Shown piece by piece: positions 45,608-55,446 of a DNA stretch of 64,000 bases (position 1 is the stretch's first letter; each line of letters starts with the position of its first letter). Under the pieces are notes generated by a model. The model searched no databases, was not told the origin of the DNA, and saw only the letters and a list, made by a program, of their open reading frames with translations. The stretch is taken from the NCBI RefSeq assembly GCF_003018115.1, contig NZ_CP027457.1; one strand, 5' to 3'. The translations under genes were made by a program, and so were the position numbers. Source of the DNA: Escherichia coli (GTDB lineage: Bacteria; Pseudomonadota; Gammaproteobacteria; Enterobacterales; Enterobacteriaceae).

Positions 45608-45670
45608 ATGGGGCAATTTTTTGCTTACGCGACGGTTATCACCGTAAAGGAGAATGACCATGTCGCATAA
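45608..45670 (+). CDS. yoeI: 20-codon upstream small ORF overlapping the plaP start (recalled as K-12 small protein YoeI)
   Basis: ATG GGG CAA TTT TTT GCT TAC GCG ACG GTT ATC ACC GTA AAG GAG AAT GAC CAT GTC GCA TAA = [20 protein letters not shown]. Contains the plaP SD (AAGGAG 45647-45652); its stop lies 11 nt inside plaP. Confidence 0.55.
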   Translation: MGQFFAYATVITVKENDHVA

Positions 45671-47018
45671 CGTTACTCCAAACACCTCTCGCGTGGAATT
45701 GCGTAAAACGCTTACGTTAGTTCCGGTTGTAATGATGGGTCTTGCCTATATGCAGCCGATGACGCTGTTTGATACTTTTGGTATCGTTTCAGGCCTCACG
45801 GATGGTCATGTGCCGACAGCCTATGCGTTCGCATTGATTGCGATCCTGTTTACGGCTCTGAGCTACGGGAAGCTGGTTCGCCGCTATCCTTCTGCTGGCT
45901 CTGCATACACTTACGCCCAGAAATCCATTAGCCCGACTGTCGGCTTTATGGTGGGTTGGTCTTCTCTGCTCGACTATCTGTTCGCGCCGATGATCAACAT
46001 TCTGCTGGCGAAAATCTATTTTGAAGCTCTGGTGCCTTCCATCCCATCGTGGATGTTTGTGGTGGCGCTGGTGGCCTTTATGACCGCCTTTAACCTGCGT
46101 AGTCTGAAATCCGTAGCGAACTTCAACACTGTAATCGTCGTGTTGCAGGTAGTGCTGATCGCGGTGATTCTGGGCATGGTTGTTTATGGCGTATTTGAAG
46201 GTGAAGGCGCTGGTACGCTGGCGAGCACTCGTCCGTTCTGGTCTGGCGATGCGCATGTTATCCCGATGATTACCGGGGCGACAATCCTGTGCTTCTCCTT
46301 TACCGGCTTTGACGGCATCAGCAACCTGTCGGAAGAAACCAAAGATGCAGAGCGCGTTATCCCGCGTGCGATTTTCCTGACCGCGCTGATTGGCGGCATG
46401 ATCTTCATCTTTGCAACTTACTTCCTGCAGCTGTACTTCCCGGATATCTCTCGCTTTAAAGATCCGGATGCGTCACAGCCTGAAATCATGCTGTATGTTG
46501 CGGGTAAAGCGTTCCAGGTTGGCGCGCTGATCTTCTCCACCATTACCGTACTGGCGTCTGGTATGGCGGCGCACGCAGGCGTAGCGCGTCTGATGTACGT
46601 AATGGGTCGTGACGGCGTATTCCCGAAAAGCTTCTTCGGTTATGTACACCCGAAATGGCGTACTCCGGCGATGAACATCATCCTGGTTGGCGCGATTGCC
46701 CTGCTGGCAATCAACTTCGACCTGGTAATGGCTACAGCGCTGATTAACTTTGGTGCGTTGGTGGCGTTCACCTTCGTTAACCTGTCGGTCATCTCGCAGT
46801 TCTGGATCCGTGAGAAGCGTAATAAGACGCTGAAAGATCACTTCCAGTATCTGTTCCTGCCGATGTGTGGTGCGCTGACTGTTGGTGCGCTGTGGGTTAA
46901 CCTGGAAGAAAGCTCAATGGTTCTGGGTCTGATCTGGGCTGCTATCGGTCTGATTTACCTGGCTTGCGTCACCAAGAGCTTCCGTAACCCGGTTCCGCAG
47001 TACGAAGACGTAGCATAA
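45660..47018 (+). CDS. plaP: Low-affinity putrescine importer (APC family)
   Basis: ATG at 45660, 7 nt after AAGGAG, gives the 452-aa form [16 protein letters not shown]; 12-TM amino-acid/polyamine permease. Confidence 0.94.
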   Translation: MSHNVTPNTSRVELRKTLTLVPVVMMGLAYMQPMTLFDTFGIVSGLTDGHVPTAYAFALIAILFTALSYGKLVRRYPSAGSAYTYAQKSISPTVGFMVGWSSLLDYLFAPMINILLAKIYFEALVPSIPSWMFVVALVAFMTAFNLRSLKSVANFNTVIVVLQVVLIAVILGMVVYGVFEGEGAGTLASTRPFWSGDAHVIPMITGATILCFSFTGFDGISNLSEETKDAERVIPRAIFLTALIGGMIFIFATYFLQLYFPDISRFKDPDASQPEIMLYVAGKAFQVGALIFSTITVLASGMAAHAGVARLMYVMGRDGVFPKSFFGYVHPKWRTPAMNIILVGAIALLAINFDLVMATALINFGALVAFTFVNLSVISQFWIREKRNKTLKDHFQYLFLPMCGALTVGALWVNLEESSMVLGLIWAAIGLIYLACVTKSFRNPVPQYEDVA

Positions 47019-47038
47019 TCATCTTTTCTAATAATTAA

Positions 47039-47073
47039 CCGGAGTCGAATGAACATTTGGCTCCGGTTTTTTT
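47039..47073 (+). terminator. Rho-independent terminator after plaP
   Basis: ccggag ... ctccgg stem followed by ttttttt. Confidence 0.8.
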
Positions 47074-47196
47074 ATTCTTTTTTATCGAAATCCTCATTAA
47101 TAACCATTTGTTCTAATTTAGAGAATTTGGTTATTGGTCTGCATTCCACCAGTCATGAATAATTTCCCCATTAACATTCATCTGGTTAATTAATTT

Positions 47197-48255
47197 ATGT
47201 TTTCAATGATATTAAGCGGGCTAATTTGTGGTGCTCTGCTGGGATTTGTCATGCAGCGTGGGCGTTTTTGCCTGACTGGTGGTTTTCGCGATATGTATAT
47301 CGCGAAAAATAATCGCATGTTTTACGCCTTGCTGATTGCAATTTCGATACAAAGCGTGGGGGTTTTTGCGTTAATTCAGGCAGGCCTACTGACTTACGAA
47401 GCCGGGGCGTTCCCGTGGCTTGGTACTGTTATAGGTGGGTATATCTTCGGGCTGGGAATTGTTCTGGCGGGTGGATGTGCCACCGGGACCTGGTATCGCG
47501 CGGGTGAGGGATTGATCGGCAGTTGGATCGCGCTTTTCACTTATATGGTGATGAGTGCGGTGATGCGTTCTCCACACGCCAGTGGTTTAAATCAAACCTT
47601 GCAGCACTACAGTACTGAACATAACTCTATTGCTGAGACTTTTAATTTGTCTGTGTGGCCGTTGGTTGCCGTATTGCTGGTGATAACGCTCTGGGTGGTG
47701 ATGAAAGAGTTGAAGAAGCCAAAACTCAAAGTCGCGACCTTACCGCCGCGCCGAACTGGGATCGCTCATATTCTGTTTGAAAAACGCTGGCATCCCTTTG
47801 TCACTGCTGTACTCATCGGTTTGATTGCGCTTTTAGCCTGGCCCCTGAGTGAAGCAACCGGACGTATGTTTGGGTTAGGCATCACTTCCCCAACGGCCAA
47901 TATTCTGCAATTTCTGGTCGCGGGTGACGTGAAATACATTAACTGGGGCGTTTTCCTGGTGTTAGGGATCTTCGTGGGGTCATTTATTGCAGCCAAAGCG
48001 AGCCGTGAGTTCCGCGTTCGCGCAGCTGATGCACAAACAACAGTACGTAGCGGGTTAGGTGGTGTACTGATGGGCTTCGGTGCCAGTATTGCAGGTGGTT
48101 GCTCTATCGGTAATGGACTGGTTATGACTGCAATGATGACCTGGCAGGGCTGGATTGGCCTTGTATTTATGATTCTCGGAGTCTGGACTGCGTCCTGGCT
48201 TGTGTATGTTCGACCGCAGCGTAAGGCGCGACTGGCAACTGCTGCGGCAAATTAA
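47197..48255 (+). CDS. yeeE: YeeE/YedE-family inner-membrane protein (thiosulfate uptake, TsuA)
   Basis: 352-aa polytopic ORF with conserved Cys motifs (GRFCLTGGF, GGCATGTWYR, GGCSIGNG); followed by yeeD. Confidence 0.93.
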   Translation: MFSMILSGLICGALLGFVMQRGRFCLTGGFRDMYIAKNNRMFYALLIAISIQSVGVFALIQAGLLTYEAGAFPWLGTVIGGYIFGLGIVLAGGCATGTWYRAGEGLIGSWIALFTYMVMSAVMRSPHASGLNQTLQHYSTEHNSIAETFNLSVWPLVAVLLVITLWVVMKELKKPKLKVATLPPRRTGIAHILFEKRWHPFVTAVLIGLIALLAWPLSEATGRMFGLGITSPTANILQFLVAGDVKYINWGVFLVLGIFVGSFIAAKASREFRVRAADAQTTVRSGLGGVLMGFGASIAGGCSIGNGLVMTAMMTWQGWIGLVFMILGVWTASWLVYVRPQRKARLATAAAN

Positions 48256-48268
48256 GTAAGGTGTAAAG

Positions 48269-48496
48269 ATGGCGATTAAAAAGCTGGATGTGGTGACGCA
48301 GGTCTGTCCGTTTCCACTCATAGAAGCAAAAGCAGCACTGGCAGAAATGGCCAGCGGCGATGAGTTGGTAATTGAGTTTGATTGCACCCAGGCAACAGAA
48401 GCAATCCCACAATGGGCGGCAGAAGAAGGACATGCCATCACCGATTATCAGCAGATTGGCGATGCTGCGTGGAGCATCACCGTTCAAAAAGCCTGA
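48269..48496 (+). CDS. yeeD: TusA-like sulfurtransferase YeeD
   Basis: 75-aa ORF; TusA-family CPxP motif (QVCPFPLIEAK). Confidence 0.93.
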   Translation: MAIKKLDVVTQVCPFPLIEAKAALAEMASGDELVIEFDCTQATEAIPQWAAEEGHAITDYQQIGDAAWSITVQKA

Positions 48497-48507
48497 CCCA
48501 ACATTGT

Positions 48508-48531
48508 CCTCCGCCGTATCAGCGGCGGAGG
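48508..48531. terminator. Stem-loop between convergent yeeD and sbcB
   Basis: cctccgccg-tatcag-cggcggagg perfect 9-bp stem. Confidence 0.65.
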
Positions 48532-48538
48532 CTTCAAA

Positions 48539-49966
48539 CTAGACGATCTCTTCCGCGTACTGCCAAAGCGCTTTTAACAGCGCCACTTTTTCTTTATCGT
48601 CGGCATACTGCTGCGCCAGCATCTGAATCTCTTCTGCATAGCCTTGTAAAAACTCGGGTGTGAATACCTGGCGGCGGTGCTCCAGCCAACGTTGCTGCTC
48701 GGCATAATCCAGCGTCCCTGGGAAGTTGCGTGCCCGATAATTGAACAACAGCTTTTCAATCCGTTTATCAACAAAAGTGATATCCAGTGCCGGTAAATTA
48801 CGCGGCTCGGTTTCCAGCACAATTTTCATTGCTGCACGATCGGCGTCACTGAAAAAGCCGTTATAAAGCTGTGTATCCACGTTATCTGAAGGCGTAAACG
48901 GTTCGGCTTCCGCGAATATCGCCACCACTTTTTCGCGCACTTGCGGATTTTCACGCAGAATTTTCAGGTTATCGAGGCAATGCTGACGATTAATTCCCAG
49001 TCGGTCGGCATCTTCCGGGCGTAGCGTATTCGCCTGGGCCAGCACCGGACATTTATTGATATGCACCAGCTTAACCGGAACGGCGGCGTTATCGCCAAGA
49101 TCGGTTTTTGCGGTATATAAACGCTCGCGTAATGTGTCGCTATCCAGTTCCAGTAATGGCGAAATGTCTCCTGCCAAATCCACCATAATTACGGCATTGC
49201 GATTTTCAGGATGCCACGCCAGCGGTGCCACCCAGCTGGTATTGCCGCGCCATGCCCCAAACATTCCGGAAACGTGCACCAGGGGTTTCATCTGCGGAAC
49301 ATCAATCAACGCCATCAGTTTGTGTTTATTACGATGGGTAAAGAGATATTCAAACAGACGTGGCTGACGCGTTTTTACCAGTTTCGCCATCGCAATAGTG
49401 GCGTACACATCAGCCATCGCATCGTGGGCGTTGCTATGTTCAATACCATTCGCTTTGGTTAAATGCTCAAGGCGAAAGCTCGGTAGACCGTCATCATTTT
49501 CAGGCCAGTTTATTCCTTCCGGGCGCAGGGCATAACAGGCACGCATAACATCCAGTAAATCCCAGCGCGAGTTATCATGCTGCCAGCTCCAGGCGTAAGG
49601 ATCGTAGAAATTACGATAAAAAATGTTGCGTGTGACTTCGTCGTCGAAACGCACATTGTTGTAGCCCAGAATACAGGTCTTCGGTACGGTAAAAAGCGAG
49701 TGAATACGGGCGGCAAACGCGGCTTCGTTTTCTCCTTTCGCCCGTGCTTCCTGCGGGGTAATACCGGTAATTAATACGGCTCCAGGCTGGGGTAAATAGT
49801 CATCCGCAGGCTTGCAGTAAAAGACTTCGGGTTCGCCGATGACATTGAATTCGCTATCGGTGCGAATGGCTGCGAACTGTGCAGGGCGATCTAACGCGGG
49901 GTGCGTGCCAAAGGTTTCGTAATCGTGAAACAAAAAGGTAGATTGTTGCTTACCGTCATTCATCAT
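48539..49966 (-). CDS. sbcB: Exodeoxyribonuclease I
   Basis: ATG at 49966 gives the 475-aa form MMNDGKQQSTFLFHDYETFG (DEDDh exonuclease motif); the ORF-track start at 50038 is an extension. Confidence 0.96.
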   Translation of the reverse strand: MMNDGKQQSTFLFHDYETFGTHPALDRPAQFAAIRTDSEFNVIGEPEVFYCKPADDYLPQPGAVLITGITPQEARAKGENEAAFAARIHSLFTVPKTCILGYNNVRFDDEVTRNIFYRNFYDPYAWSWQHDNSRWDLLDVMRACYALRPEGINWPENDDGLPSFRLEHLTKANGIEHSNAHDAMADVYATIAMAKLVKTRQPRLFEYLFTHRNKHKLMALIDVPQMKPLVHVSGMFGAWRGNTSWVAPLAWHPENRNAVIMVDLAGDISPLLELDSDTLRERLYTAKTDLGDNAAVPVKLVHINKCPVLAQANTLRPEDADRLGINRQHCLDNLKILRENPQVREKVVAIFAEAEPFTPSDNVDTQLYNGFFSDADRAAMKIVLETEPRNLPALDITFVDKRIEKLLFNYRARNFPGTLDYAEQQRWLEHRRQVFTPEFLQGYAEEIQMLAQQYADDKEKVALLKALWQYAEEIV

Positions 49967-50174
49967 TAGGTTAAATCCGTTATTTCTACTGTCTGCCAGA
50001 GTATCAAATATCACCGTGCTAATCAGCTTTAGCGCCACAATTTGGCAGCGAGTGGCAACAGATCATGTCAGATAAAAATGAGAGGGTAGTCACATTTTCT
50101 TGCACTTTATTCCAGCCAGTTCATAAGTATTTCCGTAAAAAGAACAGCTATTTGAAACTCCTGAGGGTTTGCTG

Positions 50175-51341
50175 TTGAAACGCCGTCTTATTATTGCTGC
50201 TTCTTTGTTCGTTTTTAACTTATCGTCTGGTTTTGCGGCGGAAAACATTCCTTTTTCACCTCAGCCTCCTGAGATTCATGCCGGATCCTGGGTATTGATG
50301 GATTACACCACCGGTCAGATCCTCACCGCGGGTAATGAGCATCAACAGCGCAATCCCGCCAGCCTGACAAAGCTGATGACGGGTTATGTCGTGGATCGCG
50401 CTATCGATAGTCATCGCATTACGCCAGACGATATTGTCACCGTGGGGCGTGATGCGTGGGCGAAAGATAATCCGGTGTTTGTCGGTTCTTCACTGATGTT
50501 TTTGAAAGAGGGCGATCGCGTATCGGTACGTGATTTAAGCCGTGGTTTAATTGTGGATTCCGGAAATGACGCTTGTGTTGCACTGGCTGACTATATTGCC
50601 GGTGGGCAACGGCAGTTTGTTGAAATGATGAACAACTATGCCGAGAAGCTGCATCTCAAGGATACGCATTTTGAAACAGTGCATGGCCTGGATGCGCCAG
50701 GTCAGCATAGCTCGGCTTATGATTTAGCTGTGCTTTCTCGCGCTATCATCCACGGCGAGCCCGAGTTTTATCATATGTACAGTGAGAAAAGCCTCACCTG
50801 GAACGGTATCACCCAGCAAAACCGTAACGGGTTATTGTGGGATAAAACCATGAATATTGACGGCCTGAAAACGGGTCATACTTCTGGTGCCGGGTTTAAT
50901 CTCATTGCTTCGGCTGTAGATGGGCAGCGTCGTCTCATTGCAGTGGTAATGGGTGCTGACAGCGCAAAAGGTCGTGAGGAAGAGGCAAGAAAATTACTGC
51001 GTTGGGGGCAACAAAACTTTACTACGGTGCAAATTTTGCACCGTGGGAAAAAGGTCGGTACGGAACGCATCTGGTATGGCGATAAAGAAAATATCGCCCT
51101 GGGAACAGAACAAGAGTTCTGGATGGTACTACCGAAAGCCGAAATTCCACATATCAAAGCCAAATATACCCTTGATGGTAAAGAGCTCACCGCGCCAATT
51201 AGCGCCCATCAGCGGGTAGGGGAAATTGAACTTTACGACCGTGATAAACAGGTGGCGCACTGGCCGCTGGTTACCCTGGAATCTGTCGGGGAAGGCAGCA
51301 TGTTTTCTCGCCTGAGTGATTATTTCCACCATAAGGCCTGA
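50175..51341 (+). CDS. dacD: D-alanyl-D-alanine carboxypeptidase PBP6b
   Basis: TTG at 50175 gives the 388-aa form (M)KRRLIIAASLFVFNLSSGFA with a signal peptide; SLTK, SGN, KTG penicillin-binding motifs. Confidence 0.94.
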   Translation: MKRRLIIAASLFVFNLSSGFAAENIPFSPQPPEIHAGSWVLMDYTTGQILTAGNEHQQRNPASLTKLMTGYVVDRAIDSHRITPDDIVTVGRDAWAKDNPVFVGSSLMFLKEGDRVSVRDLSRGLIVDSGNDACVALADYIAGGQRQFVEMMNNYAEKLHLKDTHFETVHGLDAPGQHSSAYDLAVLSRAIIHGEPEFYHMYSEKSLTWNGITQQNRNGLLWDKTMNIDGLKTGHTSGAGFNLIASAVDGQRRLIAVVMGADSAKGREEEARKLLRWGQQNFTTVQILHRGKKVGTERIWYGDKENIALGTEQEFWMVLPKAEIPHIKAKYTLDGKELTAPISAHQRVGEIELYDRDKQVAHWPLVTLESVGEGSMFSRLSDYFHHKA

Positions 51342-51425
51342 CCTTTCTTTTGCAGCAGACTGGCAGGAGTGCGAGTCTGCTCGCATAATCAACACTCATT
51401 CCTTGTGGTTTTAATTTTGCAACTA

Positions 51426-51445
51426 TACTGTATATAAAAACAGTA
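51426..51445 (+). promoter_or_regulatory. LexA (SOS) box in the sbmC promoter
   Basis: TACTGTATATAAAAACAGTA fits the CTG-N10-CAG consensus, 15 nt upstream of the sbmC ATG. Confidence 0.85.
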
Positions 51446-51459
51446 TTAATGGAGGCGTC

Positions 51460-51933
51460 ATGAACTACGAGATTAAGCAGGAAGATAAACGTACCGTTGC
51501 AGGTTTCCATCTCGTTGGCCCGTGGGAACAGACGGTAAAGAAAGGCTTTGAGCAGTTGATGATGTGGGTAGATAGCAAAAATATTGTGCCGAAGGAGTGG
51601 GTTGCTGTCTATTACGACAATCCAGATGAAACACCCGCCGAAAAATTACGCTGCGACACCGTCGTGACGGTGCCGGGTTACTTTACGCTTCCCGAAAACA
51701 GTGAGGGCGTCATTCTGACAGAAATTTCAGGTGGTCAGTATGCGGTGGCGGTAGCTCGTGTAGTCGGTGATGATTTTGCTAAACCCTGGTATCAGTTCTT
51801 TAATAGCCTCTTGCAGGACAGTGCTTATGAAATGTTACCAAAGCCCTGCTTCGAGGTTTATTTGAACAATGGCGCGGAAGATGGGTACTGGGATATCGAA
51901 ATGTATGTTGCGGTGCAGCCAAAACATCACTAA
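51460..51933 (+). CDS. sbmC: DNA gyrase inhibitor SbmC/GyrI
   Basis: 157-aa [27 protein letters not shown] (GyrI-like fold); synteny. Confidence 0.95.
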   Translation: MNYEIKQEDKRTVAGFHLVGPWEQTVKKGFEQLMMWVDSKNIVPKEWVAVYYDNPDETPAEKLRCDTVVTVPGYFTLPENSEGVILTEISGGQYAVAVARVVGDDFAKPWYQFFNSLLQDSAYEMLPKPCFEVYLNNGAEDGYWDIEMYVAVQPKHH

Positions 51934-52131
51934 TTCATCTCAGGGCGGTGTGTTAACGCGATGACCACTCTTTTTTTTGAAAGCGAAAAGAGTAAGATGC
52001 GCCTTTCAATTTTTTCGCTCCTGCCGGGAAATTACACTGTTCCCGGTTTGTCCGTCGGATATTTCAGAGGCGCCCCTTCTGGCCGACAGATGAGTTATGA
52101 GCGCTTTTAATCTTCATTACGGAGTTTCTGC

Positions 52132-53190
52132 GTGCGTGCCGATAAGTCATTAAGCCCGTTTGAAATCCGGGTATACCGCCATTACCGCATTGTGCATGGT
52201 ACTCGGGTCGCGCTGGCATTCCTGCTCACTTTTCTCATTATCCGCCTGTTTACTATCCCGGAAAGTACCTGGCCGCTGGTCACCATGGTGGTGATTATGG
52301 GGCCAATCTCGTTCTGGGGTAACGTTGTCCCTCGCGCCTTCGAACGTATTGGCGGTACGGTGTTGGGTTCGATTTTAGGTCTTATCGCTCTGCAACTGGA
52401 GTTAATCTCGTTACCGCTGATGTTAGTCTGGTGCGCGGCGGCTATGTTTCTTTGCGGTTGGCTGGCGCTGGGCAAGAAACCGTATCAAGGTTTATTGATT
52501 GGGGTGACGCTGGCAATTGTTGTGGGTTCCCCGACAGGTGAAATTGATACGGCGTTATGGCGAAGCGGCGATGTGATCCTCGGCTCTTTACTGGCAATGT
52601 TGTTTACCGGTATCTGGCCACAACGGGCGTTCATCCACTGGCGTATTCAACTGGCGAAAAGTCTGACCGAGTATAATCGGGTCTATCAATCTGCATTCTC
52701 ACCGAACTTACTCGAACGCCCACGTCTGGAAAGCCATCTACAAAAACTCTTGACCGATGCCGTGAAAATGCGTGGGCTGATTGCGCCCGCCAGCAAAGAA
52801 ACTCGTATTCCAAAATCGATATATGAAGGTATCCAGACCATTAACCGCAATCTGGTTTGTATGCTGGAGTTGCAAATCAATGCATACTGGGCCACGCGCC
52901 CCAGCCATTTCGTGTTATTGAACGCGCAAAAACTTCGTGATACCCAGCACATGATGCAGCAAATACTGCTGAGCCTTGTTCATGCGCTGTACGAAGGTAA
53001 TCCGCAGCCGGTTTTTGCCAATACGGAAAAATTGAACGATGCTGTGGAAGAGCTGCGTCAGTTGCTCAATAACCACCATGACCTGAAGGTTGTGGAAACA
53101 CCAATCTATGGTTATGTGTGGCTGAACATGGAAACGGCGCATCAGCTTGAGTTGCTATCGAATCTGATTTGCCGGGCCTTGCGCAAATAA
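52132..53190 (+). CDS. yeeA: Inner membrane protein YeeA (FUSC/aromatic acid exporter-like)
   Basis: 352-aa ORF, GTG start, N-terminal TM bundle plus soluble C-terminal half; synteny. Confidence 0.9.
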   Translation: MRADKSLSPFEIRVYRHYRIVHGTRVALAFLLTFLIIRLFTIPESTWPLVTMVVIMGPISFWGNVVPRAFERIGGTVLGSILGLIALQLELISLPLMLVWCAAAMFLCGWLALGKKPYQGLLIGVTLAIVVGSPTGEIDTALWRSGDVILGSLLAMLFTGIWPQRAFIHWRIQLAKSLTEYNRVYQSAFSPNLLERPRLESHLQKLLTDAVKMRGLIAPASKETRIPKSIYEGIQTINRNLVCMLELQINAYWATRPSHFVLLNAQKLRDTQHMMQQILLSLVHALYEGNPQPVFANTEKLNDAVEELRQLLNNHHDLKVVETPIYGYVWLNMETAHQLELLSNLICRALRK

Positions 53191-53361
53191 TTCCTGAACT
53201 TCAGAATCATCTTGCTGCTGCTTCGATTCAGCAAGGATAAAGGGTATGATAGTGAAAAGGGATAAAAGCATTGTCATCTGCGGCAGCTATGAGTAATGTT
53301 GGCCCTAACGAATAGCGGTTGCTTAAACGAATCCGACTCTCACATTATCAGGGGTATAAAA

Positions 53362-53691
53362 ATGGAAACTACCAAGCCTTCATTCCAGGACGTACTGGAA
53401 TTTGTTCGTCTGTTCCGTCGTAAGAACAAACTGCAACGTGAAATTCAGGACGTTGAGAAAAAGATCCGTGACAACCAGAAGCGCGTCCTGTTGCTGGACA
53501 ACCTGAGTGATTACATCAAGCCGGGGATGAGCGTTGAAGCAATCCAGGGCATCATCGCTAGCATGAAAGGTGACTATGAAGATCGCGTTGACGATTACAT
53601 CATCAAAAATGCCGAGCTCTCCAAAGAACGCCGCGATATCTCCAAAAAGCTGAAAGCTATGGGCGAAATGAAAAACGGCGAAGCGAAGTAA
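53362..53691 (+). CDS. yeeX: UPF0265/DUF496 protein YeeX
   Basis: ATG at 53362 gives the 109-aa form [30 protein letters not shown]. Confidence 0.93.
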   Translation: METTKPSFQDVLEFVRLFRRKNKLQREIQDVEKKIRDNQKRVLLLDNLSDYIKPGMSVEAIQGIIASMKGDYEDRVDDYIIKNAELSKERRDISKKLKAMGEMKNGEAK

Positions 53692-53705
53692 TTCCTGTTT
53701 TATTC

Positions 53706-53732
53706 AATGAGGGTTGCCCGGCAACCCTCATT
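53706..53732 (+). terminator. Stem-loop after yeeX
   Basis: aatgagggttgcc-cg-ggcaaccctcatt 12-bp perfect stem; no strong T-run. Confidence 0.55.
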
Positions 53733-53791
53733 GCTCATTGATTCTTTTCTGTGTATCACAGTCATCATTCCCATCTGATAACCTATCGAAA

Positions 53792-53968
53792 TTAGCGACA
53801 GACATCTTCTGTATGAAGCAAGGCAAAAAGTTCTGCAACTCTATTGTTATTAACCGCACTGGTTACTAACACGTTGTGCGATCCAGCTTCCCGTAACCAA
53901 ACTTTCACCAAAGATATTTCTTCCATGCTGGCTAAATCTGCTTTGGTGACTACTCCAATGATCGGACG
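53792..53968 (-). pseudogene. yoeF: 3' stub of a pduV/eutP-family small GTPase gene (recalled as K-12 pseudogene yoeF)
   Basis: Minus-strand frame reads RPIIGVVTKADLASMEEISLVKVWLREAGSHNVLVTSAVNNNRVAELFALLHTEDVCR*. An in-frame TAA sits immediately upstream and there is no start codon. The TKxD G4 motif and overall pattern match the PduV/EutP C-terminus. Confidence 0.7.
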
Positions 53969-54149
53969 TTAACACGAGGAAGTCTGGCTATTCCACAATG
54001 CCATCTTCTTTCGTAATGGATTGAGAATGCTGGATTTTTAATTATATTACGCGCAGTATTAATCGTGTAAATGTTTTGCGGTCAGCAACGGTGGGGGATC
54101 CATTGTTCTGTTCAATGAATACCATCATACAATTGAATCAGGAGTCGGT

Positions 54150-54695
54150 ATGATGATTTTGGTGACGGGGGGCGCACGGAGCGGGAAGAGTCGCCACGCA
54201 GAGGCGCTTATTGGAGACTCTTCACAGGTTCTGTATATCGCCACCTCGCAAATCCTTGATGATGAGATGGCTGCACGGATAGAACATCATCGGCAAGGCC
54301 GCCCGGCGCACTGGCGCACGGTGGAGCGCTGGCAACATCTTGATGAATTAATTCATGCAGACATTAACCCGCATGAAGCTGTGTTGCTGGAATGCGTTAC
54401 CACAATGGTGACTAATCTGTTGTTTGATTATGGCGGAGATAAAGACCCTGATGAATGGGATTATCAGGCGATGGAACAGGCGATTAATGCTGAGATTCAG
54501 TCGTTGATTGCTGCCTGCCAACGTTGCCCCGCAAAGGTTGTATTAGTGACTAACGAAGTGGGAATGGGGATTGTGCCGGAGAGTCGTCTGGCACGTCATT
54601 TTCGTGATATTGCCGGGCGGGTAAATCAGCAGCTGGCCGCTGCGGCGAATGAAGTGTGGCTGGTGGTTTCGGGTATTGGAGTAAAAATCAAATGA
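54150..54695 (+). CDS. cobU: Adenosylcobinamide kinase / adenosylcobinamide-phosphate guanylyltransferase
   Basis: 181-aa ORF; P-loop [10 protein letters not shown]; followed by cobS, cobT. Confidence 0.96.
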   Translation: MMILVTGGARSGKSRHAEALIGDSSQVLYIATSQILDDEMAARIEHHRQGRPAHWRTVERWQHLDELIHADINPHEAVLLECVTTMVTNLLFDYGGDKDPDEWDYQAMEQAINAEIQSLIAACQRCPAKVVLVTNEVGMGIVPESRLARHFRDIAGRVNQQLAAAANEVWLVVSGIGVKIK

Positions 54696-55435
54696 GTAAA
54701 TTATTTTGGGCGATGCTCTCTTTTATTACGCGTCTGCCTGTGCCGCGTCGCTGGTCCCAGGGACTGGATTTCGAGCATTATTCTCGCGGTATTATTACTT
54801 TTCCTTTAATTGGATTATTGCTTGGCGCGATTAGCGGGCTGGTTTTCATGGTGCTGCAGGCATGGTGTGGCGTACCACTGGCGGCACTGTTTAGCGTGCT
54901 TGTGCTGGCGCTGATGACCGGGGGATTCCACCTGGACGGCCTCGCCGATACCTGTGATGGCGTATTTTCTGCACGTAGCCGCGATCGCATGTTGGAAATC
55001 ATGCGTGATAGCCGTTTAGGCACCCACGGCGGTCTGGCATTGATTTTTGTTGTACTGGCAAAGATTCTGGTGTTAAGCGAGTTGGCTCTGCGTGGCGAAC
55101 CGATCCTTGCATCGCTGGCGGCAGCATGTGCGGTCAGCCGCGGGACTGCCGCATTATTGATGTATCGTCATCGTTATGCCCGGGAAGAAGGGCTTGGCAA
55201 TGTATTCATTGGCAAAATTGATGGGCGACAAACCTGCGTCACACTCGGCTTGGCCGCTATTTTTGCTGCCGTATTATTGCCGGGTATGCATGGTGTGGCT
55301 GCTATGGTGGTGACGATGGTGGCGATTTTCATCCTCGGTCAGCTTCTCAAACGTACGCTGGGCGGGCAAACCGGCGATACGCTGGGAGCTGCTATAGAGC
55401 TTGGTGAACTGGTCTTCCTGCTGGCACTGCTATAA
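54692..55435 (+). CDS. cobS: Adenosylcobinamide-GDP ribazoletransferase (cobalamin synthase)
   Basis: ATG at 54692 (ATGA overlap with cobU) gives the 247-aa form [18 protein letters not shown]; membrane protein. Confidence 0.95.
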   Translation: MSKLFWAMLSFITRLPVPRRWSQGLDFEHYSRGIITFPLIGLLLGAISGLVFMVLQAWCGVPLAALFSVLVLALMTGGFHLDGLADTCDGVFSARSRDRMLEIMRDSRLGTHGGLALIFVVLAKILVLSELALRGEPILASLAAACAVSRGTAALLMYRHRYAREEGLGNVFIGKIDGRQTCVTLGLAAIFAAVLLPGMHGVAAMVVTMVAIFILGQLLKRTLGGQTGDTLGAAIELGELVFLLALL

Positions 55436-55446
55436 AGAGACGTGAC

